Of a stretch of 24,134 nucleotides of DNA, positions 1 through 8,130 are shown piece by piece (the stretch's first letter is position 1; every line of letters begins with the position of its first letter). This stretch comes from a virus (Duplodnaviria; Caudoviricetes), in IMG/VR virus record IMGVR_UViG_3300015370_000050, positions 1 through 24,134 of that record. One strand, given 5' to 3'. The position numbers were made by a program, and so were the translations under genes. The notes under the pieces were generated by a model that was not told where the DNA came from, ran no database searches, and was given only the letters and a program-made list of their open reading frames with translations.

Positions 1-2
1 AG

Positions 3-47
3 GCGTCGAAGCACTTCGCCGACCAGATCCGCAACAGCACGAAGTAG
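3..47 (+). CDS. 3' end of an upstream gene (partial, ...ASKHFADQIRNSTK*); by position possibly the small terminase subunit
   Basis: Open frame from the window edge with GC3-rich codons, ending in TAG at 45-47, 3 nt before the terminase GTG. Identity is a positional guess only. Confidence 0.45.
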   Translation, partial: ASKHFADQIRNSTK

Positions 48-50
48 CCC

Positions 51-2117
51 GTGCACTTCCCTCGCCGATTCCAGCCACCCATGGTCGAAGAGACCATCGC
101 TGCGCAAGAGCACTTCGCTGTACTGCCGTCGATGCTCATCAACCAGCTCGTGATGATCCCGGCGAGCGGTAAGAAGATCCCGTTGTCGTACGAAGGAAAC
201 CCGTATCTTAGACAACAGATAGATGCGTTTCCATCACACCCAAAACAGATGTTTATGTACGGACGTCAGACTTACAAATGTCTTGAGGAAAATCAACGGG
301 TTAGGATGGCCGACGGCGGTTTCAAGCCGATCAAGGACGTCTACGTCGGCGACGAAGTCCTGTCGTTTGATGAGAGCACAAACCAGCTCGTAACCGGCGT
401 CGTCTCCTGGAAGTCCCCACGGTACAAGAAGCGCTGCATCTGTGTTCGAACGTGGCGTGGTGAGCAGGTGATCTTCGGTGAGACCCATCCGCTGCGCGAG
501 GAGCGCTCATGGACTCCGGTAAAGGACCTCCACATCGGGTCGAACGTCGCCCACGTCGTCGGAGACAAGGTAGACTGGGGCTTCATCCGTGTGATGGACG
601 ACGTCGGAGAGCAGTGGTGCTACGACCTCGCCGTTGATGGCACGTCGAGCTTCATTGTCGATGGCCTCGTCACCCACAACAGCACGTCGATCTCAGCGCA
701 GATACATGCGTACATCAACACCCTCGGGATCACGTGGCAGTACGTGTCAGCGACGATGGAGCAGGCGCGCGAGTTCTCGCAGTGGAAGCTGGACGGCGCC
801 ATCCGCGACTCCGACATCCTCTCCGGGTTCTTCGACCAGTCCGGCAACCGTCGCCCCTACAACGTGAAGCGGAAAGAGTCCTTCGCCGGCGGCCGTGTGT
901 TGATCGGCACCGCCTACGGCGACGCCGCTCGAATCCGTGGTAACCCCGCCGACGCGCTTTCCATCGACGAGATCGCCCTCGTCGACCTCGACGCCATCGG
1001 AGTGCTCCGGGAGTGCCTGTCTGCGTCCACGTACGGCTGGGAGCTCCACGCAGGTACGCCGCTGTCGACGGACAACCCGCAGTGGATCATCTGGTCGGAG
1101 CGTTCGAAGCAGCACGAGTGGGCCGTACCGTGCGACCGCCACTCTCCTCGGGTGTGGAACATCCTCGGCGTCAAGAACCTCACGCCCTATGGAATCATCT
1201 GTGAGCGCTGCGGCGAGCCCATCGACACGCGCAACGGGCGTTGGATCATTACGGCGGAGCCCAACCTGTACACCTACGACTCGTACAGGTTGCCGCAGAT
1301 CGCCAGCCCGACAGCGAAGTTCGACGAGATCGTTCGCAGGCTCATCGACGAGCCGGTGATCACGATGCGCGAGTCTTTTGCGTACTCCGTCGAGCAGGCC
1401 TCGGAGGTCTTCAGTGACCACTTCCTCACGCAGATCTCAGAAGACAACCTGCGCATCTCACCAGAGAACTTCGTGCGCTTGTCCACGACGCGCCCGATGG
1501 TCGCAGGCATCGACTGGGCGCAGCCGGACCCGAAGGACCCGCAGGCAGCGGGTGCGGCGACGACGCTCACGTTGGGCTGCTACACCGGTCCGGAGAAGTT
1601 CACGTGGATTGCAGCGTTCCGCTTCCGTGGAGATCCAGACCGCGACCTCGACGAGATCTGTCGCATCATCGACTCAGTCCATGCACACCGCATCGTCGCA
1701 GACCACGGCGCCGGGTACAGTCGAAACATTCGGATGATGCAGCGATACAAGTTCCCGCGGTTCATGGCGTGCAAGTACAACCGTCAGGACGAGCCGATCA
1801 ACATCAATCCGAAGAGCTTCAGGCTCTCGGTGGACCGAAACACCTGCCTCGACGCGCTGGCGACCAACATCCGGATGCACCCGAATAAGTACAGCGTCCC
1901 GTGCCGTCGAGACATGGAGCGAGCGCACTGGTGGCAGGACCTACGCGCCGTCCTCGTCGAGTACGACAGCCTCGGACGCACGTTGTTCGTGAAACGCTCC
2001 GGTAAGACCGACGACCACTGGCACTCGATGTTCTATTGTTTCCTCGCCGCCCACACGATCCATCCCCGTCTCGACGTCTTGGCTCCCATCGTGACGAAGA
2101 CAATGGACGACGACTAG
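51..2117 (+). CDS. terL: Large terminase subunit, intein-containing (about 554 aa after splicing)
   Basis: Walker A GRQTYK|ST split by the intein, Walker B LSIDEI preceded by IRG, coupling motif AGTP, Cys pairs (PCDRH...CERC), RuvC-like nuclease motifs AGIDWA, IVADHG and DDHWHS. Start is GTG 51 or ATG 81. Confidence 0.92.
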   Translation: MHFPRRFQPPMVEETIAAQEHFAVLPSMLINQLVMIPASGKKIPLSYEGNPYLRQQIDAFPSHPKQMFMYGRQTYKCLEENQRVRMADGGFKPIKDVYVGDEVLSFDESTNQLVTGVVSWKSPRYKKRCICVRTWRGEQVIFGETHPLREERSWTPVKDLHIGSNVAHVVGDKVDWGFIRVMDDVGEQWCYDLAVDGTSSFIVDGLVTHNSTSISAQIHAYINTLGITWQYVSATMEQAREFSQWKLDGAIRDSDILSGFFDQSGNRRPYNVKRKESFAGGRVLIGTAYGDAARIRGNPADALSIDEIALVDLDAIGVLRECLSASTYGWELHAGTPLSTDNPQWIIWSERSKQHEWAVPCDRHSPRVWNILGVKNLTPYGIICERCGEPIDTRNGRWIITAEPNLYTYDSYRLPQIASPTAKFDEIVRRLIDEPVITMRESFAYSVEQASEVFSDHFLTQISEDNLRISPENFVRLSTTRPMVAGIDWAQPDPKDPQAAGAATTLTLGCYTGPEKFTWIAAFRFRGDPDRDLDEICRIIDSVHAHRIVADHGAGYSRNIRMMQRYKFPRFMACKYNRQDEPININPKSFRLSVDRNTCLDALATNIRMHPNKYSVPCRRDMERAHWWQDLRAVLVEYDSLGRTLFVKRSGKTDDHWHSMFYCFLAAHTIHPRLDVLAPIVTKTMDDD
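279..680 (+). mobile_element. Mini-intein (134 aa, Hint domain only) in the terminase Walker A motif
   Basis: Starts CLEENQRVRMADG (block A), has a block B-like GETHPL and block F CYDLAV, and ends LVTHN followed by Ser as the +1 nucleophile. Removal restores GRQTYKST. Too short for a homing endonuclease. Confidence 0.93.
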
Positions 2118-2118
2118 C

Positions 2119-2147
2119 TTGAAGGGCATGAGATACTGTAGTATCGT
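2119..2147 (+). promoter_or_regulatory. Possible sigma70-like promoter for the head cluster
   Basis: TTGAAG (2119-2124), 17 nt, TATCGT (2142-2147) in an AT-richer intergenic gap, followed by SD TAGGAGG (2161-2167) and ATG 2173. Confidence 0.4.
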
Positions 2148-2172
2148 GTCGTAGAGAACTTAGGAGGCTTCC

Positions 2173-3093
2173 ATGGCCGAATTTCAGCCTTCCGATTACA
2201 CCGAGATGGCCGTCAAGGCCAAGAACGCGCTGATCGACACTGGCGTGCCGCTCAACGCCGCGATCGCCAAGATCGCCGAGGCGGAGAAGCTGGACACGAA
2301 GCAGACGCGGCTCGTCGTGAACCTCGCGAACCGTTTCGCCAGGAACGCGATCGCCAAGCACGCGACCTTCGTCGAGTTCGACGTCGCCGATCCAGAGGCT
2401 GTCGACAAGATCGTCGCAGCGGGTCGTGTGGCACGCGTCCTCGAGAAGAAGGCGGAGATGCCGTCGCAGGGGTTCAACATGCAGCCCACAGGGCCCGTGC
2501 AGGTCAACCCGCCGGATCCGGAGTGGGGCGCGCCCATGCCGGCGCAGGACTTCACCACGCTGACACAGAAGATCCAGGAAGCGAAGGTGAAGCTGGCGAT
2601 GTCGCTGCAGAACCTCGACGCTCAGATCGACGGGCTTCTGAAGATGGCAAGCTGCGAGATCACCCAGGGCGAGATGCTCATGGCCGCCGCTGTCGTCGAC
2701 GGCATGGACGCACCGTTCTGCACGCACTACTGCCACAAGAAGCTCGACCCGGACGCCTGCAGCGACGTGGCGAAGTACGCTGGGATGGAAGTCGACGAGA
2801 ACGACGAGCTCGTGAAGGCCTTCGTTCTCTTGAAGGAGGCGTCGCACGAGTACGTCACGCTGCTTCCCGAGCTGGAGAAGGAGGCGATCCTTGGCGGGAT
2901 CGCCAAATTTCTGATGAAGAACCCGATGGGCAAGCTCGGTGCGTTGCTGTTCGGGTCCGCGCTGCTCGGCGGAGCCAAGTCAGGCACGTCTATGGCGAAG
3001 AAGGGAATGAGTGTCGGTGCCGGCGTGCCTGGAGAGATCACCTCCATGCGCTCGAAGCTCGGAATGCCTGCGCTCACACCGATGGGGGTGTAA
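2173..3093 (+). CDS. Putative head-associated protein; acidic N-terminal part, ELEKEA site, basic Gly-rich C-terminal peptide
   Basis: Strong SD and GC3-rich codons. Lies between terminase and protease. Carries several K-x-A motifs (LEKKA, LLKMA, LKEA, ELEKEA). Confidence 0.75.
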   Translation: MAEFQPSDYTEMAVKAKNALIDTGVPLNAAIAKIAEAEKLDTKQTRLVVNLANRFARNAIAKHATFVEFDVADPEAVDKIVAAGRVARVLEKKAEMPSQGFNMQPTGPVQVNPPDPEWGAPMPAQDFTTLTQKIQEAKVKLAMSLQNLDAQIDGLLKMASCEITQGEMLMAAAVVDGMDAPFCTHYCHKKLDPDACSDVAKYAGMEVDENDELVKAFVLLKEASHEYVTLLPELEKEAILGGIAKFLMKNPMGKLGALLFGSALLGGAKSGTSMAKKGMSVGAGVPGEITSMRSKLGMPALTPMGV

Positions 3094-3095
3094 CG

Positions 3096-3587
3096 ATGAA
3101 GGTACCCACGCACTCGTTCCCGTCGCCGTTCGCTCTCAAGTCAGGCAGCGGCATCGGGCAGTCGATCATGCGCGCGCTCAAGGTCGGTGGGAAGATCACC
3201 GCGCTGGGTGCGCTCGCGCCGATCACGTCGCTGGCGCTCCTCGGGCTCCTCGAGCGCAAGGACAGGGCGTCTGAGCGCATGTCCCGTGGACACGACTTTC
3301 GGAAGGTGCTCGAAGAGGCCCCGTCGCTGGCGAAGGATCGGGCGATGGCGGAGAAGCACTTCCGCACCTTGCGTCGGGTGGCTCCGGACATCTCCAGGGA
3401 CCCGGTTCTCGCTGCAGGTCTCGTGAAGAAGCTCAACGCCTACGCCGACCGCGAAGACGGTGGCGTCGATCCGTCGGTCATCCAGAACCTTCTGATGCGC
3501 CCGGACACGTCGCCCATGAAGAAGTGGGACGTCGCTTCGCGGACGCTTCCGCAGACGAAGGTCGACATCGCAAGCTGGGAGCTGTAA
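3096..3587 (+). CDS. Hypothetical virion protein (163 aa) with an N-terminal hydrophobic segment
   Basis: True start is probably ATG 3096, just after the TAA at 3091-3093 with GGGGG upstream; the ORF track extends the frame to 2523. Hydrophobic stretch ITALGALAPITSLALLGLL. Confidence 0.75.
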   Translation: MKVPTHSFPSPFALKSGSGIGQSIMRALKVGGKITALGALAPITSLALLGLLERKDRASERMSRGHDFRKVLEEAPSLAKDRAMAEKHFRTLRRVAPDISRDPVLAAGLVKKLNAYADREDGGVDPSVIQNLLMRPDTSPMKKWDVASRTLPQTKVDIASWEL

Positions 3588-3920
3588 ATGAAGATTGGAA
3601 AAGAGCTCCAGAAGATGGCCGGCGACTACACGAAGCGGATGATGGCATTGAACGCCGGTGGACTCGAGCGCTCCGCCGAAGCGGCGAACAAGCGCGAGGC
3701 GCTCGTTGGCAAGCTGCACGCGAAGCTCACGAGCCCAGCACTGAAGACACCGGGAAAGCCCGAGTCCCCTCTCGCCAAGGCACTCATGACCACGTCGGTC
3801 AAGCGTGGGAACGAGGCGCTCACAGCTACAGAAAAGGCAGAGGACGCCAAGCGTGTGCTGCGCGGGTTCAAGTCTCCCGACGCTGTCACGCGTGCGTCTC
3901 TCAGGAAGAAGGGGGGCTAA
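3588..3920 (+). CDS. Small basic protein with N-terminal ELQKMA motif (putative internal head protein)
   Basis: TAAATG coupling to the upstream gene, GGGAG SD, Lys/Arg/Ala-rich sequence. Confidence 0.75.
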   Translation: MKIGKELQKMAGDYTKRMMALNAGGLERSAEAANKREALVGKLHAKLTSPALKTPGKPESPLAKALMTTSVKRGNEALTATEKAEDAKRVLRGFKSPDAVTRASLRKKGG

Positions 3921-3923
3921 TCG

Positions 3924-5669
3924 TTGGCGACCCCAAAGAACAACGTCGTTCCGATCGACTTCACCCAGGGTATCGAGAAGCACTGGGAGGTTCCGGAGAC
4001 GACTGTTCTCGGAACACGGTCGATGATATCGCTCGAGTTGCAGAAGCATGCGTCGATGGGGCTCACCAACGACGAGGCGCGCCACCTCACACCCGAGCTC
4101 GCGAAGTTCGTCAATTCGCTCAAGAGCGACGCCAACTCCACCTATCAGATTGTCGTGCCCATCGGGATTGGGGACATCTGGGGCGTCAACTTCCGCGGTG
4201 ACCTCGTCTACAGAGACCAGATGGTCCCGGACGTGGACTCCGAAGCGTACCGTGCACGCCCGTACGGTTACCCGACGTTCAACACGGCGCACTTCTTCGC
4301 GCACCACAAGAACAAGCCTGCGCAGGGCCACCCCATCCTCGGGGACGTGCCCTTCGCGACGCTCAATCCGAAGATGAATTGGATCGAGATGGTCGTCAGG
4401 TCGCACCTCCCGTCCGTCGAGGAGAGTCATCCGGAGCTGCTGTCGGCGATCATCAGCGGGGAGTTCCCGGTGAGCATGGGCTTGCTCGCCATCGCCGACG
4501 TCTGCCTGAAGTGCGGCAACGTGCGCAAGGGACCGGCAGCACGGCCCTGCGTGCACATCCTCCCGCCCAGCCAGGGCGGTGAGCTCGGGCGCATCTACGC
4601 CGACGCCTCCGTCGCCGGGATGAGTAACATCCAGCCGCGGTTCTTCGACATCTCCTACGTGAATCGCGGCGCCGACTCCATCGGGTTCGCGTTGAAGAAG
4701 GTCGCCAAGGCGGACTTCGAGCAGACGCGTGAGACCATTGTGATCCGCGACGCCATCGCTCAGATGAAGCAGAAGGGTCTCCTGGATAAGGTCAAGAAGA
4801 TCCCGAAGAAGGGCGACACCGGTGAGCTCGAGAAGTACTCGAAGCTCAAGAAGGCTGTCAGCGCTCTCTCCGCAGAGGAGCCTGACATCGAGCCCGTCGC
4901 GTTGAAGAAGATGGCCGAGGCTGGTGGCCTCGGTCTGCTCGACGCCATGGCGCTGTCTGGGATGCTGCTTCGACCACACGAGTTCCAGACCGCCTACCTC
5001 GGTGCCGTGCACCCCGCGCGCGCGGGTGAGCTGATGCTGGCGAAGCGGACCTTCCCGATGTCCCCGACGGATCTCGTCGGGATGCCGTCGATGAGCGACC
5101 TCCCGTTCCGTGTGGCACCGTCGGGCGTGAAGATATGGGTCGGGCAGAACTTGAGCCCGTGGAAGTCCTGGGACGCTCAGATGCTCATCCACCGGATGCT
5201 CGCGCCGCAGCCGGTGATCCAGTCGGTGACCCCGCAGCAAGCGTGGACTCCGAACGTCAACGACATGACGATGAAGATGCAGTACCTGCAGTACCTCGCG
5301 AAGGCGTTGTCTGCGGTCATGGAGAAGGCGGCCTCCTATACCGGACCGAACGGGATGGAGCTCGTATACGACTCCGACGCGCTCGAAGTGCAGAAGGAAG
5401 CCTCGCTCGGTGCACTCGCTGCGGTTCTTCCGGCGCTGTACTTTGCGAAGCTTCTTGGCGCTGACGTCGCCGCCGGAGCGTTCCCGGGCATCGGCGCGTC
5501 GCAGGATCTCACCGGAAGCGGAAGCAGCGTCGAGCGCTCGTTGCTCCAGAAGCTCATCATGTTCAACCCGTTCCTGGCGACCAGCTTCGCCGGGATCGCC
5601 GGGAAGGGCGGCAGCGCTATGGTGAACAAACTCGACGACCTGTTGTTGCGGAGGTTGATGAAGAAATGA
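3924..5669 (+). CDS. Prohead (capsid maturation) serine protease with Zn-finger insertion and long C-terminal extension
   Basis: Motif order VNFRGD, AHHKNK (candidate catalytic His), VSMG (candidate catalytic Ser, 4473), CLKC...PCVH, FFDISYVNRGAD fits HK97/assemblin-fold phage prohead proteases. Upstream of the capsid gene. TTG start with a G-rich SD. Confidence 0.82.
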   Translation: MATPKNNVVPIDFTQGIEKHWEVPETTVLGTRSMISLELQKHASMGLTNDEARHLTPELAKFVNSLKSDANSTYQIVVPIGIGDIWGVNFRGDLVYRDQMVPDVDSEAYRARPYGYPTFNTAHFFAHHKNKPAQGHPILGDVPFATLNPKMNWIEMVVRSHLPSVEESHPELLSAIISGEFPVSMGLLAIADVCLKCGNVRKGPAARPCVHILPPSQGGELGRIYADASVAGMSNIQPRFFDISYVNRGADSIGFALKKVAKADFEQTRETIVIRDAIAQMKQKGLLDKVKKIPKKGDTGELEKYSKLKKAVSALSAEEPDIEPVALKKMAEAGGLGLLDAMALSGMLLRPHEFQTAYLGAVHPARAGELMLAKRTFPMSPTDLVGMPSMSDLPFRVAPSGVKIWVGQNLSPWKSWDAQMLIHRMLAPQPVIQSVTPQQAWTPNVNDMTMKMQYLQYLAKALSAVMEKAASYTGPNGMELVYDSDALEVQKEASLGALAAVLPALYFAKLLGADVAAGAFPGIGASQDLTGSGSSVERSLLQKLIMFNPFLATSFAGIAGKGGSAMVNKLDDLLLRRLMKK

Positions 5670-5929
5670 GCCAGTACGCATCTAGCTACGGACCATACGC
5701 GCAGGAATCTTTCATTGCGCAGCTGTCACCATTGAAGAAGGCACTGCTGCTCGGTGCCGGCGCGCTCCTCGCGCACCGCGCAGGGATCGGCATCAAGCGG
5801 GCCCTGATCACGACGAAGATGCGCACCGGCGCGATGAAGGCGCTCCCGCGAGAAGCGAAGATGCGCATGCTGAAGGAGATGGGGTTGAGCAAACCCTACG
5901 AGAACTGGGCAAAGAAGAAGATGTCATGA
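5666..5929 (+). CDS. Small basic protein with a hydrophobic segment
   Basis: ATGA overlap with the protease stop, GGAGG upstream, segment ALLLGAGALLA and a Lys-rich tail. Confidence 0.72.
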   Translation: MSQYASSYGPYAQESFIAQLSPLKKALLLGAGALLAHRAGIGIKRALITTKMRTGAMKALPREAKMRMLKEMGLSKPYENWAKKKMS

Positions 5930-6036
5930 GCGTCAAGGGTAAGCTGTTGAAGTTCGCCGTGCGCCATGGGATCATTTCGAAGCCGAAGGCGGTAAAGATG
6001 ATCCTGAAGCACTATCGCAAGCGGCTCGGTCTGTAG
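5926..6036 (+). CDS. 36-aa cationic peptide MSVKGKLLKFAVRHGIISKPKAVKMILKHYRKRLGL (below the ORF-track cut-off)
   Basis: ATGA overlap with the upstream stop. Fills the gap to the next gene's SD exactly. GC3-rich codons. Confidence 0.68.
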   Translation: MSVKGKLLKFAVRHGIISKPKAVKMILKHYRKRLGL

Positions 6037-6045
6037 GGGGCGACT

Positions 6046-7446
6046 GTGGACAAGAACATCGGACAGGCCGTAGAGGCGCTCATCGAGAAGAACGCAGGCG
6101 GGCTACAGAGCACTCTTCGTGCGCTAACCAAGCTCCGTGGGTTGAAGGCGGCCGGAACGGCGTCTGCTCAGCAGCTTGCGCGTCTTGCAGGCCTCGAAGC
6201 AAAGGCTGCTGGCCGTGTCGGTCGCTCTGGGATGAGCGCGCTAAAGGGTGTTAGCTCTCCGTCGCAGGTAGGGCAAGCGTTCGGAGGCAGAGTCGCAGGT
6301 GGGCTCGGTACTACCAATGCTGCTCGTGCTGCTTCGCATAAAGCCGGACTGATCTCCAATCTCGGCTCCGGAAATAAAAGAGCGTTCGAAATACAGGAAG
6401 GCTTGCGCAAGGGCACTGCGTCAAAGCTGAAGTTCGCTAAGGGTTCACAAGTAGGAGGATCCTACTCAGTCAGTGCAAACGTACGGCCGATTGGGGACAG
6501 AGGCTTCCTGCGCAACAAGTTCGGCATAGGTGCCCCTGAGACTGTGGGCAGCAAGCTGCGCACGATGGAAGCTCTTTCGGCGCAGCAGGCGGCGCAAGCT
6601 CGAGCCAAGCAGCAGGCGTCTTCGATGCTTGGCGGTGCTGAGCGCATGAGCGCTGGCGGCATGCCGCCGCGTGGACCCGTACCACCTACTCCGAAGCCGC
6701 AGCCGAAAGCTCCGGTACAGACTCCTCCGGTGACCCCGACTCCCACGCCTACGGTACAGCCGCAGGCGCCGCCCGTCCAGACGCTGGTACCGGATCCTAC
6801 GCTCGGACGCACGGTCGGCGCGCAGGCCGAGCAGCTCGCCAGTAACGTGCAGCGTCCTGGATTTTGGCAGCGTACTCGCTTGAACCCAGTGAACTGGGGG
6901 GCTGAGGGTGCGCATCAGCGGCAACTGCACGGTCAAGCGAAGGCGTTCGCCAAGACGCAGGTGGTCAATCGTCGTGCACTCGAGAGTGCCGGGCAGATGC
7001 AGACGGCGCGGACCGCCGACAAGGCGTGGGTCGAGCAGATGCGCGGTACAGGCATGAGCGACGACGCCATTCGTGTGAAGCTCCAGCAGCGAGGCGGCGG
7101 TCAGCACCAGCTCGGGAATCCCGGTTCGTACGCCGACGAGGTGATGGGTATACCGGGAGCGAAGACCCCGGCGAAGGTTCCCGGCGGTGGCGACAAGGTC
7201 GTGCGGGACAGCACCGGGAAAATCGTCAGCGAGGGCGGCGGCGGTTCGCTCGGGCAGACCCCGGTCGGCGAGAGCGCGAAGAAGCTCTCGCAGATGTCGC
7301 CGGCGCAGTACATGGAGTGGATCAAGGCGAACCCCGGCAAGGCCGCCCTCGGCGGGCTCGGCGTCGTCGGCGGGATGCACGTGGCAGGCAATGTTCTGGG
7401 TGGTGGCAGCCGTCGTCGTGGCGGCGGCGCCATCGCTACATACTAG
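6046..7446 (+). CDS. Basic Gly/Ala-rich putative internal virion or ejection protein with a Pro/Thr linker
   Basis: GTG start with AGGGGG SD, N-terminal LIEKNA motif, central Pro/Thr-rich linker, C-terminal KANPGKAALGGLGVVGG segment. Confidence 0.75.
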   Translation: MDKNIGQAVEALIEKNAGGLQSTLRALTKLRGLKAAGTASAQQLARLAGLEAKAAGRVGRSGMSALKGVSSPSQVGQAFGGRVAGGLGTTNAARAASHKAGLISNLGSGNKRAFEIQEGLRKGTASKLKFAKGSQVGGSYSVSANVRPIGDRGFLRNKFGIGAPETVGSKLRTMEALSAQQAAQARAKQQASSMLGGAERMSAGGMPPRGPVPPTPKPQPKAPVQTPPVTPTPTPTVQPQAPPVQTLVPDPTLGRTVGAQAEQLASNVQRPGFWQRTRLNPVNWGAEGAHQRQLHGQAKAFAKTQVVNRRALESAGQMQTARTADKAWVEQMRGTGMSDDAIRVKLQQRGGGQHQLGNPGSYADEVMGIPGAKTPAKVPGGGDKVVRDSTGKIVSEGGGGSLGQTPVGESAKKLSQMSPAQYMEWIKANPGKAALGGLGVVGGMHVAGNVLGGGSRRRGGGAIATY

Positions 7447-7455
7447 GAGGCCAAG

Positions 7456-7971
7456 ATGGCGCGCGACTACGACGACCTGGATTTCCTCGAGGAGCTGGAG
7501 AAGGACGCCGGTGTCCTCGGACTGCCCGGTGTCGCCGCTCTCAGCCGGCGCGCGATGCTGAAGCGCATCTCCGCCACCATCGGCCCGCACGCAGAGCAGG
7601 CGCTGCGTGGAAGCCCGATCGAGATGCGCGCGGTACACAAGATGCTGCGCAACATCCCGAAGGGCGGCACCACCGGCACCGCCGACCTCTCGCAGGTGGC
7701 GCCTGGGTTCCACCAGTACATCCTGAAGGGCAAGAAGCTCGAGGGCGAGATGCTGAACCGGCTCGTATCCCCGGACAAGCGCTCCGCTCTGGTGCGCCCG
7801 GCGACGCCGGATTCCATCCACGGGATCCTCGGTCAGCAGATGAAGCGCAACCCGCTCGCCACGCTCATCGCCGGCGGCGGTCTCGGTCTCGCCGCGAAGC
7901 GTCTCTATGAAGGCAAGGGCAAGGACAGCGATCGTGATCGCTCCGGGTCCCGCGCCATCGTCCTCTCCTGA
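7456..7971 (+). CDS. Putative internal virion protein: acidic 18-aa leader ending ELEKDA, then a basic domain
   Basis: SD TAGGAGG. Leader MARDYDDLDFLEELEKDA, C-terminal KRNPLATLIAGGGLGLAA. Confidence 0.78.
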   Translation: MARDYDDLDFLEELEKDAGVLGLPGVAALSRRAMLKRISATIGPHAEQALRGSPIEMRAVHKMLRNIPKGGTTGTADLSQVAPGFHQYILKGKKLEGEMLNRLVSPDKRSALVRPATPDSIHGILGQQMKRNPLATLIAGGGLGLAAKRLYEGKGKDSDRDRSGSRAIVLS

Positions 7972-8024
7972 TCCTAGATACCTCCTTTTTTAGTATCGAG
8001 TACTCACGTTCCGCGTTTTTCGTA

Positions 8025-8054
8025 TTGACAGGTCTGTTTTCATAACGGTACCAT
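8025..8054 (+). promoter_or_regulatory. Sigma70-like promoter upstream of the scaffold/capsid genes
   Basis: Perfect TTGACA (8025-8030), 18 nt, TACCAT (8049-8054) in the largest AT-rich intergenic gap (7972-8130), with T-tracts upstream. Confidence 0.7.
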
Positions 8055-8130
8055 GGTGCTGTCATCGAGAGAGCGCTTCCGAGCGCGAAGACCTCAATCC
8101 CACACAAAAGGTTCAAACGAGGAGGAATCC

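Noticed and set aside
279-680. Homing endonuclease within the intein
   Set aside because: Only 134 aa, with no LAGLIDADG or HNH motifs.
2523-3095. 5' extensions in the ORF track (starts at 2523, 8053, 9451, 10902, 13001, 23235)
   Set aside because: They overlap upstream genes or promoters. Internal ATGs with good SD sites (3096, 8131, 9505, 11226, 13028, 23277) fit better.
3141-5681. 846-aa - strand ORF (also 16718-19675, 9574-11133, 14831-16195, 6466-7821 and similar)
   Set aside because: Antisense shadows of GC3-biased + strand genes; Arg/His/Leu-rich, no motifs, and fully overlapping well-supported genes.
7972-8024. T-tracts after gene 7456 as a terminator
   Set aside because: No convincing GC-rich hairpin precedes them; more likely upstream sequence of the 8025 promoter.
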